From positions 2,560,001 to 2,624,000 of the forward strand of contig OZ242008.1 of assembly GCA_965204735.1 (NCBI GenBank): a DNA stretch of 64,000 nt, given 5' to 3'. This document shows positions 9,340 to 19,299 of the stretch, piece after piece. Below the pieces are notes generated by a model that did no database searches, was not told where the DNA came from, and saw only the letters and a program-made list of their open reading frames with translations. The stretch comes from Longimicrobiales bacterium. Lineage in GTDB: Bacteria; Gemmatimonadota; Gemmatimonadetes; Longimicrobiales; Gaopeijiaceae. The first letter of the stretch is position 1. Every line of letters starts with the position of its first letter. The translations under genes were made by a program, and so were the position numbers.

Positions 9340-9495
9340 CGGACGGCGGCGACGCCAAGCCGTCGCTTCCCGAGCACTGGCCAATGACGACAGGGGCTGC
9401 ACCGATGGGCAGAACCCAACGCTCGCCCAGCCCGGTGGTGGGCCAGTGGCAGCTGGGGGCGTCCCAAGCTCGCCGGCGTCGCGTGCAACCTCTTC

Positions 9496-11106
9496 CTACT
9501 CCCATTCGATCGTCGCCGGCGGCTTGGAGCTGATGTCGTAGGCCACCCGGCCGACGCCCTTCACTTCGTTGATCAGGCGGGTGGAGACGCGGGCCAGGAA
9601 CGCAGGATCGAAGGGGTACCAGTCGGCGGTCATGCCGTCGCGGGAAGTCACGGCCCGCAGCGCGACCACGTTCTCGTAGGTTCGAGCGTCTCCCATCACC
9701 CCCACCGACTGCACGGGCAGGAGGACCGCGAACGCCTGCCATATCTCGTCGTAGAGGCCGGCGGCGCGTATCTCCTCCAGGTACACCTCGTCGGCGTGGC
9801 GCAGGACGCGCAGGCGGTCCTCGGTCACCGCGCCCAGGACCCGAATCGCCAGCCCGGGGCCGGGAAACGGATGACGTGCGATGAAGTTTTCGTGGAGCCC
9901 CAGGGCTCGGCCGACCTCGCGCACCTCGTCCTTGAAGAGTTCGCGGAGAGGCTCGATCAGGTCGAACGAAAACTCTTCGGGCAAACCGCCTACGTTGTGA
10001 TGCGTCTTGATCGTGGCCGACGGTCCGCGGACGGGCAGGGACTCGATCACGTCCGGATACAGCGTCCCCTGCACCAGTAAACGGGCGTTTCCGGCAGAGT
10101 CGCGGGCGACCCGCTCGAAGACGCGGATGAAGGTCTCGCCGACGATCTTCCTCTTCCGCTCCGGTTCTTCCGTCCCCGCAAGGGCCGCGAGGAACTCGGC
10201 GGAGGCGTCCACCGCCGTCAGGCGGATGCCCATGTGGTCGCGAAACATCCGTTCCACATCCCGGCGCTCGTTGCGGCGCATCATCCCCGTGTCCACGAAG
10301 ACGCACAGCAGCTGGTCGCCCACGGCCGTGTGGACCAGCGCCGCGGCCACCGACGAGTCCACGCCGCCGGAGAGACCGCAGAGGACTTGCTGGTCGCCGA
10401 CTTGCTCCCTGATCCGCTCCACCGCCTCCGCGACGAAGGCGCCCGACGTCCAGCTCGGGACGCACCGGCAGATGCGAAAGAGGAAGTTGGCGACGATCTC
10501 GCCGCCCCGGGGCGTGTGGGCGACCTCCGGATGGAACTGCACGCCGTGAAGGGGCCGGTCCACGGCGCGGAAGGCCGCCACCGGCAAGTCGGCCGTGGAC
10601 GCGGTGGCGACGAACCCCGGTGGGAGTTGGTCCACGTGGTCGCCGTGGGAGCACCACACCACGACGGCTTCCCCGTCGCCGCGGCCGTCGGCGCCGGCTT
10701 CGGACCCAGGCTCGCCCAGCAGGTCCTGCGCGCGCTCGTCGCCCGCCCCGAAGCCCGCGAAGAGCCCGTCCGCCTCGTGGACCCGGAGGTCGGCGCGGCC
10801 GTACTCGCGCCTGCCCGGCGCCACGGCGCCGCCCTCGGCCCGTGCGATCAGCTGCATTCCGTAGCAGATGCCCAGCACGGGGACGCCGAGCGCCAGCAGG
10901 GCCGGGTCCAGTCCCGGGCCCTCCTGCTCGTAGACCGACGACGGACCCCCCGACAGGACGATTCCCTTGGGCTCCCAGCGGCGCACCCAGTCGGCGGAGC
11001 GGGTGGGCGGGTGGATTTCGCAGTAGACGCGGGCTTCGCGGATGCGGCGGGCGATCAGCTGGGTGAACTGGGAGCCGTAGTCCAGGACGAGGACGCGGTC
11101 AGGCAT
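9496..11106 (-). CDS. guaA: GMP synthase (glutamine-hydrolysing)
   Basis: [57 protein letters not shown]. Start at ATG 11106. Confidence 0.97.
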   Translation of the reverse strand: MPDRVLVLDYGSQFTQLIARRIREARVYCEIHPPTRSADWVRRWEPKGIVLSGGPSSVYEQEGPGLDPALLALGVPVLGICYGMQLIARAEGGAVAPGRREYGRADLRVHEADGLFAGFGAGDERAQDLLGEPGSEAGADGRGDGEAVVVWCSHGDHVDQLPPGFVATASTADLPVAAFRAVDRPLHGVQFHPEVAHTPRGGEIVANFLFRICRCVPSWTSGAFVAEAVERIREQVGDQQVLCGLSGGVDSSVAAALVHTAVGDQLLCVFVDTGMMRRNERRDVERMFRDHMGIRLTAVDASAEFLAALAGTEEPERKRKIVGETFIRVFERVARDSAGNARLLVQGTLYPDVIESLPVRGPSATIKTHHNVGGLPEEFSFDLIEPLRELFKDEVREVGRALGLHENFIARHPFPGPGLAIRVLGAVTEDRLRVLRHADEVYLEEIRAAGLYDEIWQAFAVLLPVQSVGVMGDARTYENVVALRAVTSRDGMTADWYPFDPAFLARVSTRLINEVKGVGRVAYDISSKPPATIEWE

Positions 11107-12487
11107 GGGCCGCTTCGCCTCGCGCAAGGTCCTCCGGGGAACGGCGCGCTCGCCGGAGCACGTCGGGCCACGGTTGGGCCGGCTCGGACGCTTCGCCCCG
11201 CACAAGGTCCTCCCAGCGCTCGCGACGGCGGACCACCCGGGCCTCGCCGTCGAGGACGAGCACCTCTGCCGGGCGGCGGCGGGAGTTGTAGTTCGAGGCC
11301 ATGGCAAATCCGTAGGCGCCCGCTTGCTGCACGCACAGCAGCGCTCCCGGCGACGGCAGCGGCAGTCGGCAGTCCCGAGCCAGAAAGTCGCCCTGCTCGC
11401 ACACCGGCCCCACCACGTCGACCCGCTCCACGGCCCCGTGCCCGTCGTCGCGGACCGGCGAAACGGCGTGGACGCCCCCGTAGTGGCTCGGGCGGATGAG
11501 CTCGGTCATTCCGGCGTCGGTCACGACGAACGTCTTGCCTCCGGCGCGCTTGACGTAGAGCGCCCTGGTCACCAGGACGCCTGCGTCGCCCACGAGGAAG
11601 CGGCCGGGCTCAAGCACGAGCTCCAGGTCGCGCGCCCTCAGCCGCATCGCCACGTCTCGCCCCAGGGTGGCCACGTCGAGCTCCCCGGCTTCGCCGTCGG
11701 CGATCCCGAAGCCGCCGCCCAGGTCCACGTAGCGGAGCCGCAGCCCGATGTCGCGCCGTACCCGGTCCACCACGTCCAGCACGACGTCGAGCGCGCGCAG
11801 GAAGGGCGCGGGGTCCCTGATCTGCGAGCCCAGGTGCACGGCGACGCCGACGGGGCGCAGGAAGGGGCTGGCGCCCGCCCGCCGGAAGAGCCCGACGGCC
11901 TGTTGCGGAGGCACGCCGAACTTGGCGGCGGCGTGGCCGGTGCGGGTGTAGTCGTGGGTCGGGCTGGAGACGTCAGGGTTGACGCGAACCCCCATGGGAG
12001 CCGCGACGGCCGGGTCCGGACCAAGAGGCGCGCCGGGGACGGCCGGTCCCGCACCGTCGTCCGAAGCGCTGCCCAAGCCCTTCGCCACCTCGGCAAGAGC
12101 CTGCATCTCCTGCTCGCTCTCGACGTGGAACGACTTGATGCCCGCCTCGATCCCCATCCGCATCTCCTCGCGGGTCTTCCCCACGCCGGCGAAGACGATC
12201 CGCGCGGACCGCACACCTGCTTGCAGGCTCCGGTAGAGCTCGCCGCCGCTGACGATGTCGGCGCCGGCCCCCGCGCCCGCCATCGCGCGCAGGAGCGCCA
12301 AGTTGGGGTTGGCCTTGACCGAGTAGGCGACCAGGGGCTCCAACGGCGCGAAGGCGGCGCGAAGGGTCGCGAGCCGCGCCAGAGCCCGTCCGCCGTCGTA
12401 GACGAAGAGGGGCGTGCCGTGCTCGTCGGCCAGCTCCTCGAGGCAGCGGCCGCCGCATCGAAGGGTCCCGCCGACCTTGGTCAGCAC
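11099..12487 (-). CDS. lysA: Diaminopimelate decarboxylase
   Basis: [17 protein letters not shown] (PLP lysine), [36 protein letters not shown] start at 12487 is approximate. Confidence 0.93.
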   Translation of the reverse strand: MLTKVGGTLRCGGRCLEELADEHGTPLFVYDGGRALARLATLRAAFAPLEPLVAYSVKANPNLALLRAMAGAGAGADIVSGGELYRSLQAGVRSARIVFAGVGKTREEMRMGIEAGIKSFHVESEQEMQALAEVAKGLGSASDDGAGPAVPGAPLGPDPAVAAPMGVRVNPDVSSPTHDYTRTGHAAAKFGVPPQQAVGLFRRAGASPFLRPVGVAVHLGSQIRDPAPFLRALDVVLDVVDRVRRDIGLRLRYVDLGGGFGIADGEAGELDVATLGRDVAMRLRARDLELVLEPGRFLVGDAGVLVTRALYVKRAGGKTFVVTDAGMTELIRPSHYGGVHAVSPVRDDGHGAVERVDVVGPVCEQGDFLARDCRLPLPSPGALLCVQQAGAYGFAMASNYNSRRRPAEVLVLDGEARVVRRRERWEDLVRGEASEPAQPWPDVLRRARRSPEDLARGEAAHA

Positions 12488-12521
12488 GCCCGTGCTCGCA
12501 TCTTGTCCGTGCGGGGGCCGT

Positions 12522-13985
12522 CTAGTAGGCCCGGGCCCACACCACTTCCATGCGGGCCTTGCCGCCGCCCAGGCACCGGGTCGGGGGCGTCTCGGACCGA
12601 AACTCCAGGTCCGGCACAACCCGGATCGTGGCCTTCGCCACCTCCTTGGCTCGGGCCTCCGCCGCCGGGTCCCCGCTCCACCCCGAGTACACGAAGCCGG
12701 CGCCGCCGTCGATCAGCTCGGCGAGTTCCTCCGCCGACCCGACCTCCTGCCGCACGGAGCCCGCCTCCCGGCGGGCAAGCGCATCGGCCCGCAGACGCTC
12801 CTGCATCTCGTCCAGGCGAGCGCCCATCCCGGCCACCGCGTCCGCCTCCGCCACCGGCTCCTTGCGGGGCGCGCCGGGGGCCGCGACGCGGGGAACCACC
12901 ACGACCTGGCCCCGCTCCATGTCCCGGGGACCGATCTCGACCCGCACCGGCGCCCCCTTCCGCTCCCACTCGAAGAACTTGGCCCCCGGCGAGAGGTGCC
13001 GGCGGCCGTCCACCGAGGCCCGCACCCCGAACTCCTCCAGCTCCCCGGCAATCCGGCGCGCCCGCTCCGTCGTCGTGGCGGCCTCCTCGTCGCCGCGCGC
13101 GATCGGCACGACCACCACCTGGGTCGGCGCCAGCTTCGGCGGGACGACCACGCCGGCGTCGTCTCCGTGCGTCATGACCAGTCCCCCCACCAGCCGGGTC
13201 GACGCGCCCCACGACGTGTTCCACGCGTGCTCCTCCCGGCCCTCCTCGCTCTGGAAGGTCAGGCCGAACTGCTTGGCGAAGTTCTGCCCCAGCATGTGGG
13301 AAGTCGCGGCCTGGAGCGCCTTGCCGTCCTGCATCAGGGCCTCGCAGGCGTAGCTGCGGACGGCGCCTGCGAACCGCTCGGCGTCAGTCTTGAGCCCCGT
13401 GACCGGAGGCATCGCCATCCACTCTTCCATGAACCGGCGGTAGAGTCCCAGGATCAGCAGGGACTCGGCCTCGGCCTCTTCGCCGGTGGCGTGGGCGGTG
13501 TGGCCTTCCTGCCAGAGGAATTCGGCGGTCCGAAGGAAGAGGCGGGTGCGCAGCTCCCAGCGCATCACGTTGCCCCACTGGTTGAGGAGCAGGGGCAAGT
13601 CCCGGTAGCTCTGGACCCACTTGGCGTACATGGCGTAGATGATCGTCTCGGAGGTCGGCCGGACGACGTAGGGCTCCTCGAGCTCCTTCCCCCCAGCGTG
13701 GGTGACCACCGCCAGCTCGGGCTTGAAGCCCTCCACGTGCTCCTTCTCGCGCTCGATGAAGCTCATGGGGATGAGCAGCGGGAAGTAGGCGTTGGCGTGG
13801 CCCGTTGCCTTGAACATGTCGTCCAGCGCCCGCTGCATCTTCTCCCAGATGCCGTAGCCCCACGGCCGGATGACCATGCTGCCGCGCACCGGGGAGTAGT
13901 CGGCCAGCTCCGCCTGCTGCACCGCTTCGTTGTACCACGCGCTGAAGTCGTCGGCCCTCGGGGTCAGTCCCTTCTTCTTCGCCAT
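12522..13985 (-). CDS. proS: Proline--tRNA ligase (archaeal/eukaryotic type)
   Basis: DFSAWYNE, RPTSETII, QWGNVMRWE, FLRTAEFLWQEGHT, C-terminal WARAY. Confidence 0.97.
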   Translation of the reverse strand: MAKKKGLTPRADDFSAWYNEAVQQAELADYSPVRGSMVIRPWGYGIWEKMQRALDDMFKATGHANAYFPLLIPMSFIEREKEHVEGFKPELAVVTHAGGKELEEPYVVRPTSETIIYAMYAKWVQSYRDLPLLLNQWGNVMRWELRTRLFLRTAEFLWQEGHTAHATGEEAEAESLLILGLYRRFMEEWMAMPPVTGLKTDAERFAGAVRSYACEALMQDGKALQAATSHMLGQNFAKQFGLTFQSEEGREEHAWNTSWGASTRLVGGLVMTHGDDAGVVVPPKLAPTQVVVVPIARGDEEAATTTERARRIAGELEEFGVRASVDGRRHLSPGAKFFEWERKGAPVRVEIGPRDMERGQVVVVPRVAAPGAPRKEPVAEADAVAGMGARLDEMQERLRADALARREAGSVRQEVGSAEELAELIDGGAGFVYSGWSGDPAAEARAKEVAKATIRVVPDLEFRSETPPTRCLGGGKARMEVVWARAY

Positions 13986-14012
13986 CCGTCGTCTACTCGG
14001 GTGCGGGTTTCT

Positions 14013-14438
14013 TCATGGGGACGCCTTGTTGCGGCTCGGCGCTTCGCCCGGCCCGGACGGCACGGGCGTTCCGAGTCTTCGCGCGCTTGTGGTGTTCCGC
14101 GCGCTTCGGACCCAGGCTGCGGCTCCGGGCGCCACGAAGAAGATTAGCGACGCCGCCGCCCACGCGGGACGGAACGGCCATCCGAAGGCGTTCGCGGCCA
14201 GGAACGCCGCCAGCGCGCCTCCCGCCAGGGCGGCCACCGCCGCGCCGGCCAGGATCAAGGTCTCCATCATCCCCAGGCGGCGGATCGCCCGATCGGTCAC
14301 CCGGCGGAGAGCCTCGGGGTCCGGCAGGTCGCGGGCGTCTTTGCGGTCGCGGTCGCCGTGACGGCCTCGGGCGGCAGGCGGCGGCGCGCCTCGGCCGGCG
14401 TCTCGACCTCCCTCGGCGCCGGCTCCGCGGGCACTCAT
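14013..14438 (-). CDS. Hypothetical membrane protein (two TM segments)
   Basis: ATGA overlap with the hisS stop; two hydrophobic helices (LILAGAAVAALAGGALAAF; WAAASLIFFVAPGAAAW). Confidence 0.6.
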   Translation of the reverse strand: MSARGAGAEGGRDAGRGAPPPAARGRHGDRDRKDARDLPDPEALRRVTDRAIRRLGMMETLILAGAAVAALAGGALAAFLAANAFGWPFRPAWAAASLIFFVAPGAAAWVRSARNTTSARRLGTPVPSGPGEAPSRNKASP

Positions 14439-15763
14439 CCCCGGTCGCAAGACCGACGCTTGCCCGGCCCACCGGCTTCCGCCGCCAGCGCGTCCAGAGA
14501 CCGGGTCTCTTGGCGTCCGGTGTCCATCTGCCGGACGGCAACCGAGCCCGACGCCGCCTCCTCCGGGCCGACGATGATCGCCCGCGCCGCGCCGGCCCGT
14601 CCGGCGGCCTTCAGCTGCTTGCCCACCGGTTGCGAGCGCAGCGAGTAGAGGACCGAGAACCCCGCTTCGCGCAGGCGGCGCGCGGCTCCCAGCGCCGAAG
14701 CTCGCTGCTCGTCGCCGACCCACGCCACGTAGTAGTCGCACCCCGGCTCGGCGTCGGGCAGCAGGTCCCGCTCCCGCAGGAGTTCCCCCAGCACCACGTC
14801 GCCCATCCCGAAGCCCACCGCCGGAAGGGGCTCCCCGCCCACGAGCTCCAAGAGCCGGTCGTAGCGTCCGCCGCCGCAAACTGCTCGGAAGTCGCCCGCC
14901 CGGTCGAAGAGCTCGAAGACGATCCCGGTGTAGTAGGCCAGTCCCCTCACCACAGCGAAGTCGAAGCGCACGTACTCTCCCAGGCCCATCGCCGCCAGGA
15001 TCGACCGGTACTCCTCCAGGGGCGCCATCGCTCGCACGACCTCCGGGCGGTGGGTGAACCGGCGCCGCAGCCCGTCCCAGCTTCCGTCGGCGGTCACGTC
15101 CAGCAGCCCCGCGACGGCGGCCGGAGCCAGCCCCAGTCCCTCCAGCCGTTCCCGCGTGCGGTCCCGGCCCGCCCGCTCGGCCTTGTCCACGGCGGCCAGC
15201 ACGCCTGCCCGCGCCTCCCGGGGCGTGTCCAGGGCGTCGAGCACGGCGTCCACCAAGCGGCGGTCGTTGACCCGGGCCACGAAGTCGCGGTCCGTCGGCC
15301 CCAGTGCCCTCACGGCGTCGATCGCCACGGCCAGGACCTCGGCGTCGGCGGCCGTCCCCGGCTCGCCCAGTATGTCCACGTTGAGCTGGAAGTGCTCGCG
15401 GAGCCGTCCGCGCTGGCTGCGCTCGTAGCGGAAGAGCTGGGGGATCGAGAACCAGCGGATCGGCTTGGGCATCCCCCTGCTCCGCTCGGCCAGGATCCGC
15501 GCCAACGTCGGCGTCATCTCAGGCCGAAGCGCGACCCGGCGTCCCCCCTTGTCCTCGAACTCGTAGAGCTGCTCGACGATCTCGGGGCCGCTCTTCTCCA
15601 CGTACAGCCCGAGCGGCTCCAGAGGCGGTCCGTCGTACTCCTCGAAGCCGTAGCGCGCGGCCACTCGCCGCCACGCAGCGAAGATGCGGCGGCGCGCAAC
15701 CATCTCCACGGGCGGAAAGTCGCGGAAGCCGGGGAGCCGGGAGAACGTCTTCGTGGCGGGCAT
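14435..15763 (-). CDS. hisS: Histidine--tRNA ligase
   Basis: GFRDFPP, LRPEMTP, FRYERSQRGRLREHFQ, VRGLAYYTG, GGGRYD. Confidence 0.97.
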   Translation of the reverse strand: MPATKTFSRLPGFRDFPPVEMVARRRIFAAWRRVAARYGFEEYDGPPLEPLGLYVEKSGPEIVEQLYEFEDKGGRRVALRPEMTPTLARILAERSRGMPKPIRWFSIPQLFRYERSQRGRLREHFQLNVDILGEPGTAADAEVLAVAIDAVRALGPTDRDFVARVNDRRLVDAVLDALDTPREARAGVLAAVDKAERAGRDRTRERLEGLGLAPAAVAGLLDVTADGSWDGLRRRFTHRPEVVRAMAPLEEYRSILAAMGLGEYVRFDFAVVRGLAYYTGIVFELFDRAGDFRAVCGGGRYDRLLELVGGEPLPAVGFGMGDVVLGELLRERDLLPDAEPGCDYYVAWVGDEQRASALGAARRLREAGFSVLYSLRSQPVGKQLKAAGRAGAARAIIVGPEEAASGSVAVRQMDTGRQETRSLDALAAEAGGPGKRRSCDRG

Positions 15764-15769
15764 CAGTGG

Positions 15770-15778
15770 AATCTAGCA
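15770..15778 (-). promoter_or_regulatory. Extended -10 promoter (TG-C-TAGATT) of hisS, leaderless geometry
   Basis: Minus strand reads TGCTAGATT-CCACTG-ATG, so +1 would fall on the A of the ATG. Confidence 0.55.
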
Positions 15779-15830
15779 TTCGGCGCGGTCGTGCGGTTCG
15801 ATGTCGGGGCCGCGAGGTTGAACTAGGTAG

Positions 15831-17668
15831 TGTCTGCCAGAAAATAGGGGTCTGGCGCGATCTGGCGAGTCGCCAGGCGCGCCGAGTGGCTGTGACGGGG
15901 CCTGGAAGGTGCTGGCGACCGGGTCCAGAAGAGGTTGCGTGGGCGTTTTGGAGGCGCTGCGCGAGCGATTTGGAGGCACGGATCCGCTTGATCCGGGCTG
16001 CTGGAGACTCGTGTCCGCATCCCTCCCGAGGAAGGGCGGTGGAGCCCGGTCGTCCGAGAATGCCGCGTCGTTACGCGGCCCGTCGTCGTCGCTTTCCGTT
16101 CTTGAGAGCGTTGCGCCTGATCTGGAGCGCGCGCCGCTCGCGGCGCTGGAGCAAGACGCCGAGCGTGTGCACGTTGGCGGCCACGATCGACAAGGCGACG
16201 CTCCGGGCGAAGCCCGCAGCGCCCCGGGTCCGAACCCGAGCGAGGCCGTGGTGCTGCAAGTGGTTGATCCCCGACTCGACGGACGGGTGGCGCCGCCGCG
16301 CGGCGACGAACGCGGGATCGAGTTCCCTGACCTTGGCCGCCTTGCCCAGCTTGCCCTTCTGCGGCAACACGTTGCCGTCGGGCAGCAGCGCGTCCAGGCG
16401 CGCCCGGTTGGCCGGGCTGTGGAAGCCCTTGTCGAAGCTGCACGCCCGCAAGTCCGGATACGTCGCCCGGACCGCCTCGATCAGCGGGACGGCCACATGC
16501 ACGTCCTCGCCTTCCCACAACACCGACCAGCCGAGCACGAACCGGTACTGGTCTTCGACGACGCACACCGGCACGCCCAACTCCACCGGGTTGCCCGCCT
16601 TCCCCTTCGACACCCAGCGCGTGTGCGGCTCGAACACCGAGAACACCTTCTCCGCGTGGGCGATCTTCTCGCCCTTCACCAACCGGCGCTCCACCTGGTC
16701 CACCTGCCGCAGCGCGTGGCCCAGCCAGTGCAGGATCGGCAGCATCTCGTCGCTCCCTGCGCCCGCCCGCTCCAGCCGGCGCACCGACTCGGCCGCCCGG
16801 TCGGCCAGCTTCCGGCAAAGCTCCACGTACTCCGCCACGGCGCCCGGCCACCGCTTGCGCTGCCGTGCCGTGCAGACCCGCCTGGCCAGCTGCTTCGCCT
16901 GTTGCGTCAGATGGGCGTGCTGACGCCAACCGCCGATGCCGCGACGCGCGCACGCCCGAGTCGCTTCGCGGACCATGCAGCGCACGGCGTCCATGAGCAG
17001 GCCCACGTCGGTGGGGTGTCGGACGTCGGTCTTCGCGACGAACGAGTCACACCGCCCGCGCAACGTTGCGCCAGACTTTTTTTTTACGACCCGGTGCCCC
17101 GTCTCCACCACCAGCCGGTTCACCTCCCGCAGCAGCTCCGGCGTCAGCAGACTCACGTTGTCCACCACCGTCTGGTACTGGTACTCGTGCACGTCGAAGT
17201 CGCCGTGGCCCAGCATCGCCCGCACCGTCCGATGCTGGTTCGCCAGCTCGTGCAGCCGGTCGAAGTCGCAGGCCAGACCCTGCTTCAGCACGCCCAGCAC
17301 GAGGATGCGCCACAGCTCCATCCCCGGACGGCCCAGCCGATGGTCCGACTCGGGACACACGCCGGCCTCCAGCAACGCCCACAGCTCCGGCCGCCGCTCC
17401 TCGTACAGCAGCTGCAGCCCCCTCAGCACCGCCGGGATGTCGTCGCGCGACTTGGGATCGAGATCGATCTCGCCGATCGGCACTTGGCCGAGACCGAACT
17501 GGCACTCCTGCACCTTCCGCATGGCAGCAACCCTCCGCGAAGATCCCGCCAAACAGGGCCTCGCAAGGCCCCCGAACCTCAAAAACTACTGCAACCGCCC
17601 AATCTTCGGTACCTTCACCCCCTCGAATCCCCTGTCAGTCCAACGAAAACCGACTTCTCTGGCAGACA
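15831..17668 (-). mobile_element. Insertion sequence, IS5/ISNCY-like, apparently intact
   Basis: Inverted repeats TGTCTGCCAGA (15831-15841) and TCTGGCAGACA (17658-17668), flanked by direct repeat CTAGGTAG (15823-15830 and 17669-17676). The IR/TSD boundary is ambiguous by 1-3 nt. Confidence 0.9.
16071..17522 (-). CDS. DDE transposase (IS5/ISNCY-like)
   Basis: MRKVQECQFGLG..., GRPGMELWRILVLG, CDSFVAKTDVRHPTD, GKAGNPVELG, SFDKGF, RHPSVESGIN. ATG at 17522. Confidence 0.9.
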   Translation of the reverse strand: MRKVQECQFGLGQVPIGEIDLDPKSRDDIPAVLRGLQLLYEERRPELWALLEAGVCPESDHRLGRPGMELWRILVLGVLKQGLACDFDRLHELANQHRTVRAMLGHGDFDVHEYQYQTVVDNVSLLTPELLREVNRLVVETGHRVVKKKSGATLRGRCDSFVAKTDVRHPTDVGLLMDAVRCMVREATRACARRGIGGWRQHAHLTQQAKQLARRVCTARQRKRWPGAVAEYVELCRKLADRAAESVRRLERAGAGSDEMLPILHWLGHALRQVDQVERRLVKGEKIAHAEKVFSVFEPHTRWVSKGKAGNPVELGVPVCVVEDQYRFVLGWSVLWEGEDVHVAVPLIEAVRATYPDLRACSFDKGFHSPANRARLDALLPDGNVLPQKGKLGKAAKVRELDPAFVAARRRHPSVESGINHLQHHGLARVRTRGAAGFARSVALSIVAANVHTLGVLLQRRERRALQIRRNALKNGKRRRRAA

Positions 17669-17836
17669 CTAGGTAGGTAGCCCCGAGGTAGGGGCCACGA
17701 GGTGGACCCGGAACCGCGAAGTTGGCGCCCGGACCGCGAGGCACGGATAGTAGAAAACAGCGTCTCGACCGTTAAGCAGGACAAGGGCAGGAGGAGTCGG
17801 CCAGTCCAGAGGACGCAAACAGGACAGGAGGACAGA

Positions 17837-18062
17837 ATGATAAGGACCCTAGGCGTGGCAGGCCTCCTTCTGGCGACGGCCGCAACTTTTGGCGTCTAAT
17901 GCCGCGGAGGTGCAAGAGCTGTTGCGGGGTCACCCCGCACGAGTCTTCTTCAACCAGGAGCGCAGGTCGCTGCAGGTCGTGGGGTGCCGCGGGGAGACGA
18001 CCGCAAATGTCCCGCTCTCGACAGTGTTCGCCGCTAGCTTGGCGCAAGCCCAGGCCCAATGA
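17837..18062 (+). pseudogene. Frameshifted small secreted protein
   Basis: GGAGG RBS, then MIRTLGVAGLLLATAATFGV* stops at 17899. A shifted frame continues ASNAAEVQELLRGHPARVFFNQERRSLQVVGCRGETTANVPL... to TGA 18062, which overlaps the next ATG. Confidence 0.5.
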
Positions 18063-19285
18063 CGCTGTGGCGGCCAGTGACGCCCTCGCGGCCTGACAGG
18101 CGGCTTGCGCTCCTGGCGACGCTGGCCGTCGGCCTGACGGCGTGCGACCGCGATCGCGACCGCGAAGCAGGCGCCGAGGCCGGCAGCTGGACGCTGCGGC
18201 TGGATCAAGTAGTGGGCAAGGTCGCCGGCGACGACGAGCACACCTTCGGTCGGATTGGTCTCTTTGCGGTAGCGCCGGACCACTCCGTCTTCGTGCTGGA
18301 CCTCCACGACGACGACAGCGGCGTCAAGAAGTACGGGCCGGACGGACAGTTCCAGGGCCGCTACGGAAGGCGTGGGGAGGGCCCCGGCGAGTACCAGCAC
18401 GTGCAGGCGGTCGCACCGCTGAGGGGCGGAGGCGTGGCGTTGCGAGGGGCCTGGAGCCGTCGGATCAGCGTCTTCGATTCGGCGGGACGGCTCGTGCGGG
18501 AGTGGACCGACGACCACGACGACCCCGGCGAGAGGCGGCCCCACGGCTACAGGCCCCTGCTCTCCCAGCTGTCCGACAGTACGTTCGCCTTGGGCGTGGC
18601 ACTGGCGGGACGTCCGGCAGTCGTTCGGGTCGATTCGGTTGGCGAGCCCCTCGACACGATGGTCGTCCCCCGGCGCCATCTCGTCGGTTGCGTCGGTACG
18701 ACGGTCGGCGACGGCGTGGCCCCGTACCCGCCCCGGCCAGTCTGGACCGTTCTGGCCGACGGCAAGGCGGCGGCGGGGTGCTCCAAGATCCCCATTGTGG
18801 AGGTCCTGAACGGAGAGCCGGGGGCCGTGTCGGCCACCCTGTCGCTCGACGGGCCGCCCGCCGAGTTCTCGGGGGGGCACCGCGACTACGAAGTCGCCCG
18901 CCTGAACTACCTTGCCCGCCTCGACCCCATCACCCGTCGCACGTGGAAGACATGGCACGGCCAAGGCTTCCCAGAGTACAAGCCCTTCTTCCGCCACCTC
19001 CTTCCCACTCCTGACGGAGGCCTATGGGTGTTTCGGTATGGGAAGTCGGTGCCGGCGCCGCTGGAGTCCGGCTTCGGCGACGAGGGCCGGGACGTGCCGC
19101 CGCCCTGGAGGGACGAAATCGTCCTGGACGTCTTCGACCCGGGTTTAGTCTACCGCGGAAGCGCCCAGATCTCATTCCCCTCGGAGCTGGTTCCTGCGCC
19201 CGTGGTCCGCGGCGACACGCTCTGGACCGTCTTCGAGACCGGCCTGGGCGTCGAGCGGATCGCGCGCTTGGTGCTGGAGAGGTAG
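18059..19285 (+). CDS. Beta-propeller lipoprotein (6-bladed / NHL-like)
   Basis: Lipobox LAVGLTAC; blade motifs FAVAPDHSVFVLD, YGRRGEGPGEYQ, ISVFDSAG, LDVFDPG. Confidence 0.75.
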   Translation: MTLWRPVTPSRPDRRLALLATLAVGLTACDRDRDREAGAEAGSWTLRLDQVVGKVAGDDEHTFGRIGLFAVAPDHSVFVLDLHDDDSGVKKYGPDGQFQGRYGRRGEGPGEYQHVQAVAPLRGGGVALRGAWSRRISVFDSAGRLVREWTDDHDDPGERRPHGYRPLLSQLSDSTFALGVALAGRPAVVRVDSVGEPLDTMVVPRRHLVGCVGTTVGDGVAPYPPRPVWTVLADGKAAAGCSKIPIVEVLNGEPGAVSATLSLDGPPAEFSGGHRDYEVARLNYLARLDPITRRTWKTWHGQGFPEYKPFFRHLLPTPDGGLWVFRYGKSVPAPLESGFGDEGRDVPPPWRDEIVLDVFDPGLVYRGSAQISFPSELVPAPVVRGDTLWTVFETGLGVERIARLVLER

Positions 19286-19299
19286 CGAAGCACCCCGTC

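Larger units (their letters stand above)
8034..9384 (+). mobile_element. Repeated Rpn cassette, copy 1 (leader + gene + tail); inverted copy at 58085..59491
   Basis: By-eye alignment: similarity runs from cggtccagg (~256 nt before ATG) to ggccaa (45 nt after the stop) in both copies. No terminal inverted repeats or target duplication recognised. Confidence 0.65.

Noticed and set aside
17837..17899. Selenocysteine read-through to explain the broken small gene
   Set aside because: The stop is TAA and the continuation is in a different frame.
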